A stretch of 64,000 bases of DNA from Gammaproteobacteria bacterium. GTDB lineage: Bacteria; Pseudomonadota; Gammaproteobacteria; Eutrophobiales; Eutrophobiaceae. The notes beneath the pieces are model-generated. The model worked only from the letters and a program-made list of their open reading frames with translations. It had not been told where the DNA came from and ran no database searches. The stretch lies in assembly GCA_965221695.1 (NCBI GenBank), contig OZ244905.1, forward strand, positions 704,001 to 768,000, written 5' to 3'. The translations under genes and the position numbers were made by a program. Below, piece by piece: positions 1 through 9,238 of the stretch. Numbering within the stretch: position 1 is the stretch's first letter; each line of letters begins with the position of its first letter.

Positions 1-2
1 CT

Positions 3-872
3 TCCTGGACCAAGGTTGGCGTGCCTACCATTGGCCAGTGCAAGGGCACCCTGGAAGCGGCCAAGGCGGCGGACATCATCGTCGCCCTGCATGTGCCGCT
101 GTTCACCAGTTGGTTGAAGGAAGTCCGGGATGCCGGCGCACGAGTGCTGATGATCATCGATTCACCCGACGACCTGGAACAACTGATGGCGCCGCCGGGC
201 CTTAAGGAGGCAGTGCTTTATGCCGACCAACTGCTGGCAAATACCAGGCAGGCGCGGGTTACCAGCGCGGCGGGCACCGACCTGACTTACGACTGTGGTG
301 AATACCCGGTAATGAGCCAGTATGGCTACGCCGACCTGCCAAGACGGTTTGATCATTGGGGTGGCGGCCATGTTCATACTTTCCCCAATGAAGGCAGCGC
401 CAACGGCACAGTCGTATTGCAGCCGGGAGACATCGTGATCCTGCCTTATTGCCGCTATATCCAGGATGAAGTCAGGTTGAGCATCCGCGACGGCTTTATC
501 GACAAGGTGGAAGGCGGACTCGACGCCAAGCTTATGCGGGATTGGCTCGACGACAACCGCGAAAATGCTGAAGACAAGGACCCTTACGCCGTTTCCCACC
601 TGGGCTGGGGCCTGAACCCCCAGGCATTGTGGTACGGCATTGCGTTAAATGGCGACGAACCGGAACGCAGCCGCGCCGCGGCCCGCACCTTCCCCGGCAA
701 CTTCCTGTTTTCAACCGGCCCCAATACCCAGGGTGGCGGCAAACGGGCCACGCGCGGGCATTACGATGTGCCCATGCGGGACTGCACACTGGCGCTCGAC
801 GGTGACGTCATCATAGAAAACGGCAAGATTATTGATAATAATATGATCGTCGAACGCATCAAGCACATCTGA
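3..872 (+). CDS. 2,5-dihydroxypyridine 5,6-dioxygenase (NicX)-like / M29 aminopeptidase-fold protein, 5'-truncated by window edge
   Basis: Frame is open from base 3 (SWTKVGVPT...). Motifs FDHW..GHVHTFPNEGSANG, SHLGWGL, GNFLFSTGPN and HYDVPMR match NicX, including the His/His/Asp iron ligands. Confidence 0.75.
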   Translation, partial: SWTKVGVPTIGQCKGTLEAAKAADIIVALHVPLFTSWLKEVRDAGARVLMIIDSPDDLEQLMAPPGLKEAVLYADQLLANTRQARVTSAAGTDLTYDCGEYPVMSQYGYADLPRRFDHWGGGHVHTFPNEGSANGTVVLQPGDIVILPYCRYIQDEVRLSIRDGFIDKVEGGLDAKLMRDWLDDNRENAEDKDPYAVSHLGWGLNPQALWYGIALNGDEPERSRAAARTFPGNFLFSTGPNTQGGGKRATRGHYDVPMRDCTLALDGDVIIENGKIIDNNMIVERIKHI

Positions 873-883
873 ACGCGCCAAGC

Positions 884-1759
884 ATGAAGAATTTTCACTA
901 CGTAAGGCCGCACAAGCTGGACGAGGCAACTGCGTTGATGGCCGAGCACACCGGCGCCGCGCAACTCCTCGCGGGAGGCACCGACCTGCTCATATTCATG
1001 CGCAACGGTCGCAAGTCTCCCGATGTGGTTGTCGATGCAAAGAAAATCCCGGAACTCAACCGTTTGGAGCTTAATTCGGAACGGCTTGTAATAGGCGCTG
1101 CGGTCAGTTGTCGAAGAATCTGGGAGAACCCCGAAATCACCGCCAAATTCCCGGCCCTCGCGGACGCGGCAACCCTGGTCGGCGGCATACAGATTCAGGG
1201 GCGGGCGACATTCGGTGGCAACCTGTGCAATGCCGCGCCCAGCGCCGACACGGTACCGCCGGTCGTCGTCTACGGCGCCACCGCCCATATTGTCAGCGCT
1301 GGGGGCGAGCGCCATATCCCGGTGGAAGAAATCTGCACCGGGCCCGGTCAGACCTCGCTGGCTGCGGACGAAATCCTTGTATCCCTGACTGTTCCGGCGC
1401 CTGCGGCGAACTCCGGGGCTGCATTCCTGCGCTTTATCCCGCGCAATGAAATGGATATCGCCGTCGCGAATGCCGCGGCCCGGGTCGACCTGGACCAGGC
1501 CGGCGAGACCTTCAGAGCGGCCCGGATTGCCATTGGCGCAGTGGCCCCGACCCCGCTGTTCGTGGCGGCAGCCGGCGACTCCCTCAGCGGTAAACCCGTG
1601 AATGACGAATCGATCGCCGAAGCTGCCCGGATTGCCCGGGATGCGGCCACACCGATCAACGACATGCGCGGCACGATAGAACATCGAAAGCAACTGGTTG
1701 AAGTGCTGACGACAAGGGCGCTACGACGCGCCTGTGAGCGCGCCCGGAGAATAGCTTGA
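884..1759 (+). CDS. Xanthine dehydrogenase-family FAD-binding (medium) subunit
   Basis: AGGTDL, RATFGGNLCNAAPSAD and PINDMRGT motifs. Confidence 0.92.
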   Translation: MKNFHYVRPHKLDEATALMAEHTGAAQLLAGGTDLLIFMRNGRKSPDVVVDAKKIPELNRLELNSERLVIGAAVSCRRIWENPEITAKFPALADAATLVGGIQIQGRATFGGNLCNAAPSADTVPPVVVYGATAHIVSAGGERHIPVEEICTGPGQTSLAADEILVSLTVPAPAANSGAAFLRFIPRNEMDIAVANAAARVDLDQAGETFRAARIAIGAVAPTPLFVAAAGDSLSGKPVNDESIAEAARIARDAATPINDMRGTIEHRKQLVEVLTTRALRRACERARRIA

Positions 1760-2232
1760 TGAGTAACAAATCATTGGTAACGGCAACGATTAACGGCGAA
1801 CGCAAGCAATTCCTGTGCGAAGCGCGCCAGAGTTTGCTGGAAGTGTTGCGCGATGTGCTGTACCTGACCGGCGCCAAGGAAGGCTGTAACGACGGCAACT
1901 GCGGAGCCTGCAGTGTTATCGTCGACGGCGTGTTACTGGATGCCTGCTGCATGCTGGCGGTGGAAGCAGAGGGCAGCAGTATTGAAACCATTGAAGGACT
2001 GGCGACCGGCGCCGAACTGCACCCGCTGCAACAGGCTTTTCTCGAAGAGACCGGGCTGCAGTGCGGCATTTGCACCCCGGGCTTCCTGATGTCCGCCAAG
2101 GCTCTGCTGGATAATAACCCCAATCCGGATGAGCAACAGGTGCGCCACTGGCTGGCCGGCAACCTGTGCCGTTGTACCGGCTACGACAAGCTGGTGCGCT
2201 CGGTGCTGAAAGCTGCGGAGGTGTCACAATGA
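1759..2232 (+). CDS. Xanthine dehydrogenase-family 2x[2Fe-2S] (small) subunit
   Basis: GC..G.CGAC, QCGICTPG and GNLCRCTGY motifs; TGATG coupling to the upstream gene. Confidence 0.93.
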   Translation: MSNKSLVTATINGERKQFLCEARQSLLEVLRDVLYLTGAKEGCNDGNCGACSVIVDGVLLDACCMLAVEAEGSSIETIEGLATGAELHPLQQAFLEETGLQCGICTPGFLMSAKALLDNNPNPDEQQVRHWLAGNLCRCTGYDKLVRSVLKAAEVSQ

Positions 2233-4499
2233 GCAAAGCGCCAGCAAAGAACGGTTTTAATGTGGTCGGCACTTCGCCGATACGCCCGGACGGTCTGGAC
2301 AAGGTCACGGGACGGGCGCGCTTTGCCGATGATTTCCACCTGCCGAACATGCTCCATGGCAGAATACTCCGCAGCCCGCATGCCCATGCGCGTATCCTCT
2401 CGATAGACACCAGTGCGGCCGAGGCCATGCCCGGCGTGCGTGCCGTGGTCACTGGCGCGGACTTTCCGGCGGTCCGGCACGAGATGCTGAACCTGGGTAC
2501 GGCCGGTATGCTCAATATCCGTGAGATGTCCGAGAACTGCATGGCAAAAGACAAGGCCTTGTATGATGGTCATGCCGTGGCCGCGGTGGCCGCGGATAAC
2601 CCGCATGATGCGGAACTTGCGATGAACCTGATCAAGGTCGAATACGAACCCCTGCCGGCAGCGATGGACGTACGCGCGGCCATGTCTGATGATGCCCCGG
2701 TGATCCACCAGGATTTTCATCCGGGCGCGTTTATCGCACCCACGGAAAAATTTCTGCCCAATGCCAGCCGCCTGCAACTGGGCAACGGCGACCTCGAACA
2801 GGGCTTCGCCGAAGCCGACCTGATACTAGAGCGGGAATACACGGCCGAGACCATACACCAGGGCTACATCGAAAGTCATGTCACCACGGTGCACTGGGAC
2901 AGCAACGATTACGTCACCGTGTGGACCTCCACCCAAGGCCAATTCGGGTTGCGCGACCACCTGGCTGACATCATCCTGGTGCCGATGAGCAATATCAACG
3001 TGGTGCCGCTGGAGATTGGCGGCGGTTTCGGCGGGAAAGAACGCCTGTATATCGACCCGGTGGCGGCCTTTCTGTCAAAAAAATCCCAATGTCCGGTCAA
3101 GATCGCGCTGCGCCGCGACGAGGTGTTGCGCGCAACCGGACCGAGTTCCGGCACGTATATCAAGCTAAAGTTCGGCGCCAGGCAAGACGGTACCCTGACG
3201 GCGGCCCACCTGCACATGGCATACGAGGCCGGCGCCTACGCCGGCGGCCCTATCTTTCTTGCGATCATGTCCTCCACCTCGCGCTATAACATTCCCAATA
3301 TTCTTATCGATGGCTTTGATGTTATTGTCAACAAGCCCACGATGCGCCCCTATCGTGCCCCGGGCGCGCCGCAGGCCCTGTTTGCGGTGGAACAGATGAT
3401 GGATGAACTGGCCTGCGAACTCAAGATGGACCCTGTTGATTTTCGCATGAAAAACCTGATGAAGCCGGGAGACCAGTTGGTGCCGGGCTTTCCCCTGGCG
3501 CCGATAGATACTGAAAAGCTGATTGATACCGTGAAGGCGCATCCCCACTACCAGGCTCCGCTGCAAGGTGCAAACCGGGGACGGGGACTCGCGTACAGCA
3601 TGTGGTTCAATATCGGCGAGATATCCAGCGCGCGCATCCAGGTCAACCCGGACGGTTCCGTGTCCCTGGCTACGGCCAGCCCCGATTTGAGCGGCACGCG
3701 CATCTCACTTGCGATGCAGGCCGCAGAAGCGCTGGGTATAGACGTGGAACAGGTATCCCCGACGGTATCCGACACACAGTCCATCGGTTTTTCGCTACCT
3801 TCGGTGGGCAGCCGGACCACTTACAGCACCGGCGCCATCGTGTGTGAGGTCGCGCAGGAAATACTGCAACAGATGTGTGCACGCGCTGCGTTGCTGTGGG
3901 AGACCGATGCCGACCAGGTCGGGGTCGAACACGGCGTGTTCACTAATAAGGGGGAGCCCGGGCAAAGCATCACATTCAATGAGCTGGCGGCGCGGATGTT
4001 CGAGACCGGCGGTCCGATCAGCTATCACAAGACCGGCCACACCCAGAGTTTTATCCCGAATACAGCCGTCCACCTGGTCGATGTTGAGGTGGACCCGGAG
4101 ACCGGCAAGGTGGACATCCTGCGTTACACGGTCTTCCAGGACGTGGGCAAAGCCGTACACCCGGACTACGTGGAGGGCCAGATGCAAGGCGCCGCGGTAC
4201 AAGGCATAGGCATGGCCTTGAACGAAGAGTACTTCTACGATGAAGCCGGACGCCTGAAAAATGCGAGCCTGCTGGATTACCGCCTGCCTACTTCGCTGGA
4301 TGTGCCGATGATCGAAACGGTGATCCTGGAATCACCGAACCCGGCGCACCCGTTCGGAGTGCGCGGCTGCGGCGAGATTTCCATCGCCCCGCCGCCTGCG
4401 GCCATCGCCAACGCTATCCATGATGCAGTCGGAGTACGGCTGAACTCCATGCCGATGGCGCCGCACAAGGTCTGCGCGGCCATCAAGGCAAGGCATTGA
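2229..4499 (+). CDS. Xanthine dehydrogenase-family molybdopterin-binding (large) subunit
   Basis: KVTG.A.F, GGGFGGK, YRAPG, GQMQGA..QGIG and GVRGCGE motifs; start placed at ATG 2229 (ATGA overlap). Confidence 0.92.
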   Translation: MSKAPAKNGFNVVGTSPIRPDGLDKVTGRARFADDFHLPNMLHGRILRSPHAHARILSIDTSAAEAMPGVRAVVTGADFPAVRHEMLNLGTAGMLNIREMSENCMAKDKALYDGHAVAAVAADNPHDAELAMNLIKVEYEPLPAAMDVRAAMSDDAPVIHQDFHPGAFIAPTEKFLPNASRLQLGNGDLEQGFAEADLILEREYTAETIHQGYIESHVTTVHWDSNDYVTVWTSTQGQFGLRDHLADIILVPMSNINVVPLEIGGGFGGKERLYIDPVAAFLSKKSQCPVKIALRRDEVLRATGPSSGTYIKLKFGARQDGTLTAAHLHMAYEAGAYAGGPIFLAIMSSTSRYNIPNILIDGFDVIVNKPTMRPYRAPGAPQALFAVEQMMDELACELKMDPVDFRMKNLMKPGDQLVPGFPLAPIDTEKLIDTVKAHPHYQAPLQGANRGRGLAYSMWFNIGEISSARIQVNPDGSVSLATASPDLSGTRISLAMQAAEALGIDVEQVSPTVSDTQSIGFSLPSVGSRTTYSTGAIVCEVAQEILQQMCARAALLWETDADQVGVEHGVFTNKGEPGQSITFNELAARMFETGGPISYHKTGHTQSFIPNTAVHLVDVEVDPETGKVDILRYTVFQDVGKAVHPDYVEGQMQGAAVQGIGMALNEEYFYDEAGRLKNASLLDYRLPTSLDVPMIETVILESPNPAHPFGVRGCGEISIAPPPAAIANAIHDAVGVRLNSMPMAPHKVCAAIKARH

Positions 4500-4589
4500 T
4501 ACACATTGATGTACAGGATATGTTTGATCAACGATTTTATGTTTGCCGGATACGGTACAGCCTGTGTCTCCATGTACTTGCTTATCCAA

Positions 4590-4617
4590 GGAACCTCTGA
4601 TTAAGTCAGAGCTTGCC
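4590..4617. repeat. Short palindromic MITE-like element, copy A
   Basis: GGAACCTCTGA-TTAAG-TCAGAGCTTGCC followed by TAA. Confidence 0.75.
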
Positions 4618-4632
4618 TAAGTTAATTTCCAC

Positions 4633-4896
4633 ATGCCTTTAGTCAGGGTACCCAATGCCATGCAGATCTATACCGGCGGTAAGGAAACCGTCCAGGCGCA
4701 GGGTCGGAACGTCAGGAGATTGATCACCACCCTGGATGAGGAATACCCCGGACTGAAGGACGCGCTGATGGACGGCGACCGTCTCAAGCCCGGAATTGCC
4801 GTAGCCGTCAATGGGCAGATCAGCCAACTGGGACCGCTTCAGCCGCTGCAGGAAGATAACGAGGTGTATTTTGTCCCCGCGATCGGCGGGGGATAG
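4633..4896 (+). CDS. MoaD/ThiS-family sulfur carrier protein
   Basis: 87 aa beta-grasp pattern (VAVNG...L...NEVYFVPAIGGG) with C-terminal GG. Confidence 0.88.
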   Translation: MPLVRVPNAMQIYTGGKETVQAQGRNVRRLITTLDEEYPGLKDALMDGDRLKPGIAVAVNGQISQLGPLQPLQEDNEVYFVPAIGGG

Positions 4897-4903
4897 TGTC
4901 TGT

Positions 4904-5962
4904 CTACTGATAACTTACCCGGTAGATGGCGCCGACCTTGTCATCCGAGATAAGCAGGCTGCCGTCTTTGGATACCAGCACATCGTTGGGCCGGCCCGAG
5001 ACCTTTTCATCTTTCAGCCACAAGTCCAGGAACGGCTCATAAACCGGTCCGGAGTCGCCGAAGCGCACAACACTGACCCGGTAACCCACCTTGGAAGAAC
5101 GGTTCCAGGAGCCGTGCTCGGCGATGAACAGCGCGTTCCGGTAGGAGTCGGGGAACTGACTGCCGGTGTAAAATGCCAGGCCGAGCGCCGCGGAATGCGC
5201 CTGGATCTTGATCTCCGGCGGTACGTAATCCGCCGGGTCATGCCCATCTCCGAACTTCGGATCGAGGATGTCCCCGGCATGGACATAGGGATAGCCGTAG
5301 TGGGCGCCGGCGCTGGTGACGCGGTTGATCTCCTCTGCCGGTTCATCATCGCCCAACCAATCGCGGCCGTTGTCAGAGAACCAGAGTTCGCCGGTGTCCG
5401 GATGCCAGTCCATGCCGACGGAATTACGCACACCGGCTGCAAACACGGTGGTCTCACCGGTCTCCGGATCCATGCGCAGGATGCTGGCGAAGCGCGGGTC
5501 TTCGGATTCACAGATGTTGCAAGGCGCGCCCACCGGAACGTACAGGAAGCCGTCAGGACCAACCGACAGGTATTTCCAGCCATGGTGGCGCTTGTCCGGC
5601 AGCGCATCGGTCACGATTTCCGGTTGCGGATTATCCCTGAAGGTCTGTTCGATGGAACGGTAGCGCAGTACCCGGTCCAGCGCGGCCACGTACAAGTCTG
5701 TGCCGATCAGCGCCAGGCCGCTGGGCAAAGTCAGCCCCTGCGCAAATGTAACAACTTCCGCCTTGCCTTCGGCGTTGGGTGTCACCGCATACAGATTGCC
5801 CTCACGCAGCGACCCCACCAGCAACAGACCAGATGCTGTTTCCGCCATCTGTCTCGCCCCCGGCGTTTCGTCGGTTACAACAGACAATCGGAAATCGCCG
5901 ACGATCGTGTCGGCAAATCCCGCGCGGGTTAAAATAATCAGTAGTAAGATACGTTTAATCAT
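4904..5962 (-). CDS. PQQ-dependent sugar/sorbosone dehydrogenase-family beta-propeller, secreted
   Basis: Signal peptide; HHGWK..GPDG.LYVPVGAPCNIC, GVRNSVG, DNGRD.LGDD and HGSWNRS motifs. Confidence 0.88.
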   Translation of the reverse strand: MIKRILLLIILTRAGFADTIVGDFRLSVVTDETPGARQMAETASGLLLVGSLREGNLYAVTPNAEGKAEVVTFAQGLTLPSGLALIGTDLYVAALDRVLRYRSIEQTFRDNPQPEIVTDALPDKRHHGWKYLSVGPDGFLYVPVGAPCNICESEDPRFASILRMDPETGETTVFAAGVRNSVGMDWHPDTGELWFSDNGRDWLGDDEPAEEINRVTSAGAHYGYPYVHAGDILDPKFGDGHDPADYVPPEIKIQAHSAALGLAFYTGSQFPDSYRNALFIAEHGSWNRSSKVGYRVSVVRFGDSGPVYEPFLDLWLKDEKVSGRPNDVLVSKDGSLLISDDKVGAIYRVSYQ

Positions 5963-6230
5963 GCGACAGCATTATACTACGTATTTTCCTGAGATCTTTT
6001 GTTTCCGTTATGCGGTTTAAATGCCAGATAATTTCCCTGGTAGCGCAACGGGTCACGCTCGCACCCGGACACAAGCCCGCCATTCTGATGCGAACGAGGC
6101 GCCCGAACTTCCTGGAGATGAGATAAAGCAAAAGCATGTGTCCTGGTATTTGAATTTGACTTTAATCATTGAAATAGCAGGCAGATGCCTGTAGCTTAGA
6201 AAATCCCTAACTGAATCAGATATTTCTGGA

Positions 6231-9062
6231 ATGAAAAAGCCGTATACTTTTGTCCTTGTTTCGATGCTGATAAGTTCCCTGGCTACCAGCCTGGGATCGG
6301 CGCCGGTTCATTCAGACGTAGTAGAGGAAATCATTGTCACCGGTTCGCGTATCGGCCGGGACCCGGCAGATTATGTCGGACCGATGTCCGTGATAGACGG
6401 CGCCGATATTGAAAGGACTCCCAACTACAGCGTGCAGGACATGCTGCTGAAACTGCCTTCAATCGGCCAGCAGGGCACCTCCAGGAATAATGCCAACGGC
6501 GGACGAGGGGCACATTTTTCCGGCATCCACCAGTTGAGCCCTGTGCGCACGCTGGTTTTGCTCAATGGTCGTCGCATGTCGCTCACCATTCGCGATTCGC
6601 TCGGACTGGGGGTCGATTTGCAGTCTTTCCCGATCAACATGATAGACAGTATTGAAGCGCTGGCAGATGGGGCTTCCGCCATCTATGGATCGGATGCGGT
6701 GGCCGGCGTCATTAACGTGAAAACCAGACGCTTTGAAGGTTTCGAACTGAATGCCGGCATGGGAACGCCTGAAGACCCGGGCGGCGATTCCTATAACGCA
6801 GGCTTCATCGCCGGTCACGCAGGGAAGCGGGGGCATGTGACCCTTGCTGCCACCATAGTCGATACCAGAAACGTGGATTACCAGCAGCGGGATTGGTCAA
6901 AAACACCCATCCTGGGACAACTGGACGCCGGCAATGGCGCTATTCTGACCTTGATGGGCAGCGGCATACCACCGGAGGGAAGACAGCCACATGCGGGGAT
7001 TATCTTCAAGCCTGACCCGGCCAGCGGCGCCAGTTTTCAACCCTACGATACGTTTGGTTTAAGCGGTTTGAATGGTTCCGCCGGAGATGGCAGTCTGCAG
7101 TCCATCCTGGATACCGGTCATCGCTTTAATTACTCTGATATCGAGGGAACCGGCTCTTCTTTGGTGAATGGTTCGCGCGTGATTAACGGCGCCATCATAG
7201 GAGAATTGCAACTGGACAGCAATGTCCTGTATTACGAGTTGCTGGGAATGCATCGGGAAGGCGCCCTGAATTTCACTCCCATACCTATTGCAGATGCCTT
7301 GGGCCGGTTCACGGACCTGCTGCAGGTACCGTTCAGCAACCCCCATATCCCGGCGGATGCTGTCCCGGTCATCAGGGCGGCTGTCGGACCTGACGCCGAT
7401 CGATTCCAGATGTGGTGGCGCGCCGCGGACCTGGGCCCGCGCCTTTTCAATTACGACAGTGATACGATGAAAATGACTGCCGGCCTGCGCGGCGAGCTAC
7501 CGCTGCTCACGCAGAGTTGGGAATATGATGCCTGGTTCACCTACGGCCGTTCTACCCTTGATGAATCAACCCGCAACCAAGTGAATGTAGCCAGATTGCA
7601 GACCGCACTCGACCCGGTTGCCTGCGCGCAGGATCTCGCCTGCCCGAAAGACGCAAACGGTAATCCCACTCTGAACATTTTCGGCCGAAACGCCAAAAGC
7701 CAGGAAGAGATGGATTATGTGTTATTCACCGACGAGGAAACTACCCGCTATGAATTCTGGCACCTGGCCGGCTCCCTGATCGGAGAATTATGGTCATTGC
7801 CTGGTGGTTCCATGAGCATGGCCGCAGGTTTAGAATGGCGCCATGAGGAAGGCAGCGTGCAAACTTCCGAGACTGTCCGCGCCGGACATAGCGCCGGCAA
7901 TTTTGCGGAACCGACTCAAGGTGATTTCTCAGTATGGGAATTCTTCACGGAATTCCACGCTCCATTGCTCGCCAACCACCAATTTGTCCGCGAGTTGTCC
8001 CTGGACGCCGCGCTGCGCTACTCCGACTATAGCCATGCCGGTTCCGAAGCGACGTTTAAACTCGGCCTGCACTGGGCGCCGGGGCATGACTTCCGTTTGC
8101 GTGGGGTCTTTGCCACCGGTTTCCGAGCTCCCAACATCCTGGAATCCTTCGGCGGTATCGCTGATTCCTTTCTGACGGTAGCCGATCCCTGCAACAGCGC
8201 AGCCGACCTGTACCGGGATAATGCCACGGTCCGGGCAAACTGCGCGAGCCAGGGGATTCCCGCTGATTATGTACAGAATGCGTCTCAATTGAAGGTTTCC
8301 GCCGGCGGCAATCCGGAACTGGAGCCGGAAACCTCTGACAGTTTCTCCGTGGGTCTGGCGTGGACGCCGAGGGCTATTGATAATCTCCTGTTGACTGTCG
8401 ATTATTACGATGTCCAAGTGGATAATGCCATTACCACCCCTGACCCGGTGGACGTGATCCTCACCTGTTACACCACGCAGGACCTGACGGCGCCGGAATG
8501 CGCCCGCATCGGACGCGGGCCATCGGGTACAATCACGCGTTTCGATCTGCTCAACGAGAACCTGGCGCGCCTGGAGACTTCCGGCATTGATGTCAACGCG
8601 TCCTGGACCCTTACCACGAACTTCGGCGACCTCGACCTCAACGGCGCCGTCAACTGGCTCAACGAATATGTCGAGACTACGGACTCCGGCGCAATAAGCG
8701 ATCGCACCGATATGGTGGCGGGGGCTATCTCCAGTTGGTTCGGCTATCCCGAATGGCGCGCTAACCTGACCGTATCATTTAACCGCAACAACTGGACCCT
8801 CGGCGGCGCCTGGCGCTATCTTGACGCCATGGATATCTTCGACGCCATTGAATTCGACAATATCCACACGAGCGTGGACGCAATTAATTACTTCGACCTG
8901 TTCGGCAGCTACCGTGGCAACACCTTCAACGTCACGCTGGGAGTGGACAACCTCACTGATGAAGCTCCGCCTTATGTGCCGGACGTATCGAATAACACCT
9001 CGGCAATCTACGACTACCTGGGACGAAATTACTACCTGCGGTTAAAACTCAGGTTTAACTGA
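6231..9062 (+). CDS. TonB-dependent receptor
   Basis: Signal peptide, EEIIVTGSRI, IDSIEALADGASAIYGSDAVAGVIN plug motif, GNPELEPE, C-terminal beta strand. Confidence 0.93.
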   Translation: MKKPYTFVLVSMLISSLATSLGSAPVHSDVVEEIIVTGSRIGRDPADYVGPMSVIDGADIERTPNYSVQDMLLKLPSIGQQGTSRNNANGGRGAHFSGIHQLSPVRTLVLLNGRRMSLTIRDSLGLGVDLQSFPINMIDSIEALADGASAIYGSDAVAGVINVKTRRFEGFELNAGMGTPEDPGGDSYNAGFIAGHAGKRGHVTLAATIVDTRNVDYQQRDWSKTPILGQLDAGNGAILTLMGSGIPPEGRQPHAGIIFKPDPASGASFQPYDTFGLSGLNGSAGDGSLQSILDTGHRFNYSDIEGTGSSLVNGSRVINGAIIGELQLDSNVLYYELLGMHREGALNFTPIPIADALGRFTDLLQVPFSNPHIPADAVPVIRAAVGPDADRFQMWWRAADLGPRLFNYDSDTMKMTAGLRGELPLLTQSWEYDAWFTYGRSTLDESTRNQVNVARLQTALDPVACAQDLACPKDANGNPTLNIFGRNAKSQEEMDYVLFTDEETTRYEFWHLAGSLIGELWSLPGGSMSMAAGLEWRHEEGSVQTSETVRAGHSAGNFAEPTQGDFSVWEFFTEFHAPLLANHQFVRELSLDAALRYSDYSHAGSEATFKLGLHWAPGHDFRLRGVFATGFRAPNILESFGGIADSFLTVADPCNSAADLYRDNATVRANCASQGIPADYVQNASQLKVSAGGNPELEPETSDSFSVGLAWTPRAIDNLLLTVDYYDVQVDNAITTPDPVDVILTCYTTQDLTAPECARIGRGPSGTITRFDLLNENLARLETSGIDVNASWTLTTNFGDLDLNGAVNWLNEYVETTDSGAISDRTDMVAGAISSWFGYPEWRANLTVSFNRNNWTLGGAWRYLDAMDIFDAIEFDNIHTSVDAINYFDLFGSYRGNTFNVTLGVDNLTDEAPPYVPDVSNNTSAIYDYLGRNYYLRLKLRFN

Positions 9063-9093
9063 CAGCATCGAACATCTCAGTTGCGCCTGTTAA

Positions 9094-9122
9094 GAAACCT
9101 CTGAGACTAAATCAGAGGTTCC
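9094..9122. repeat. Short palindromic MITE-like element, copy B (between convergent genes; may act as terminator)
   Basis: TTAA-GAAACCTCTGA-GACTAAA-TCAGAGGTTCC-TTAA. Confidence 0.8.
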
Positions 9123-9238
9123 TTAACATCCGACACATGCTGGCGGTCAATGATTTATGGTAATCTGCTTAACGGGACTTGTCAGAGCAAGCAAATAATC
9201 AATCAACGAAGCGCATGGCCTATCATCGTAGCGCTCGA

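Noticed and set aside
884-4499. Aerobic CO dehydrogenase coxMSL
   Set aside because: The active-site loop is YRAPG, not AYxCSFR or AYxGAGR, and there are no coxDEFG genes.
4811-5932. 373-aa plus-strand ORF (also 761-1693, 13484-14365, 52086-52892, 58121-59371)
   Set aside because: Antisense shadows of well-supported genes, with no motifs of their own.
5963-6230. Cobalamin or TPP riboswitch upstream of the TonB receptor (also checked 14441-14918 and 24389-24577)
   Set aside because: No B12-box or TPP core motif recognised by eye; an Infernal/Rfam scan would be decisive.
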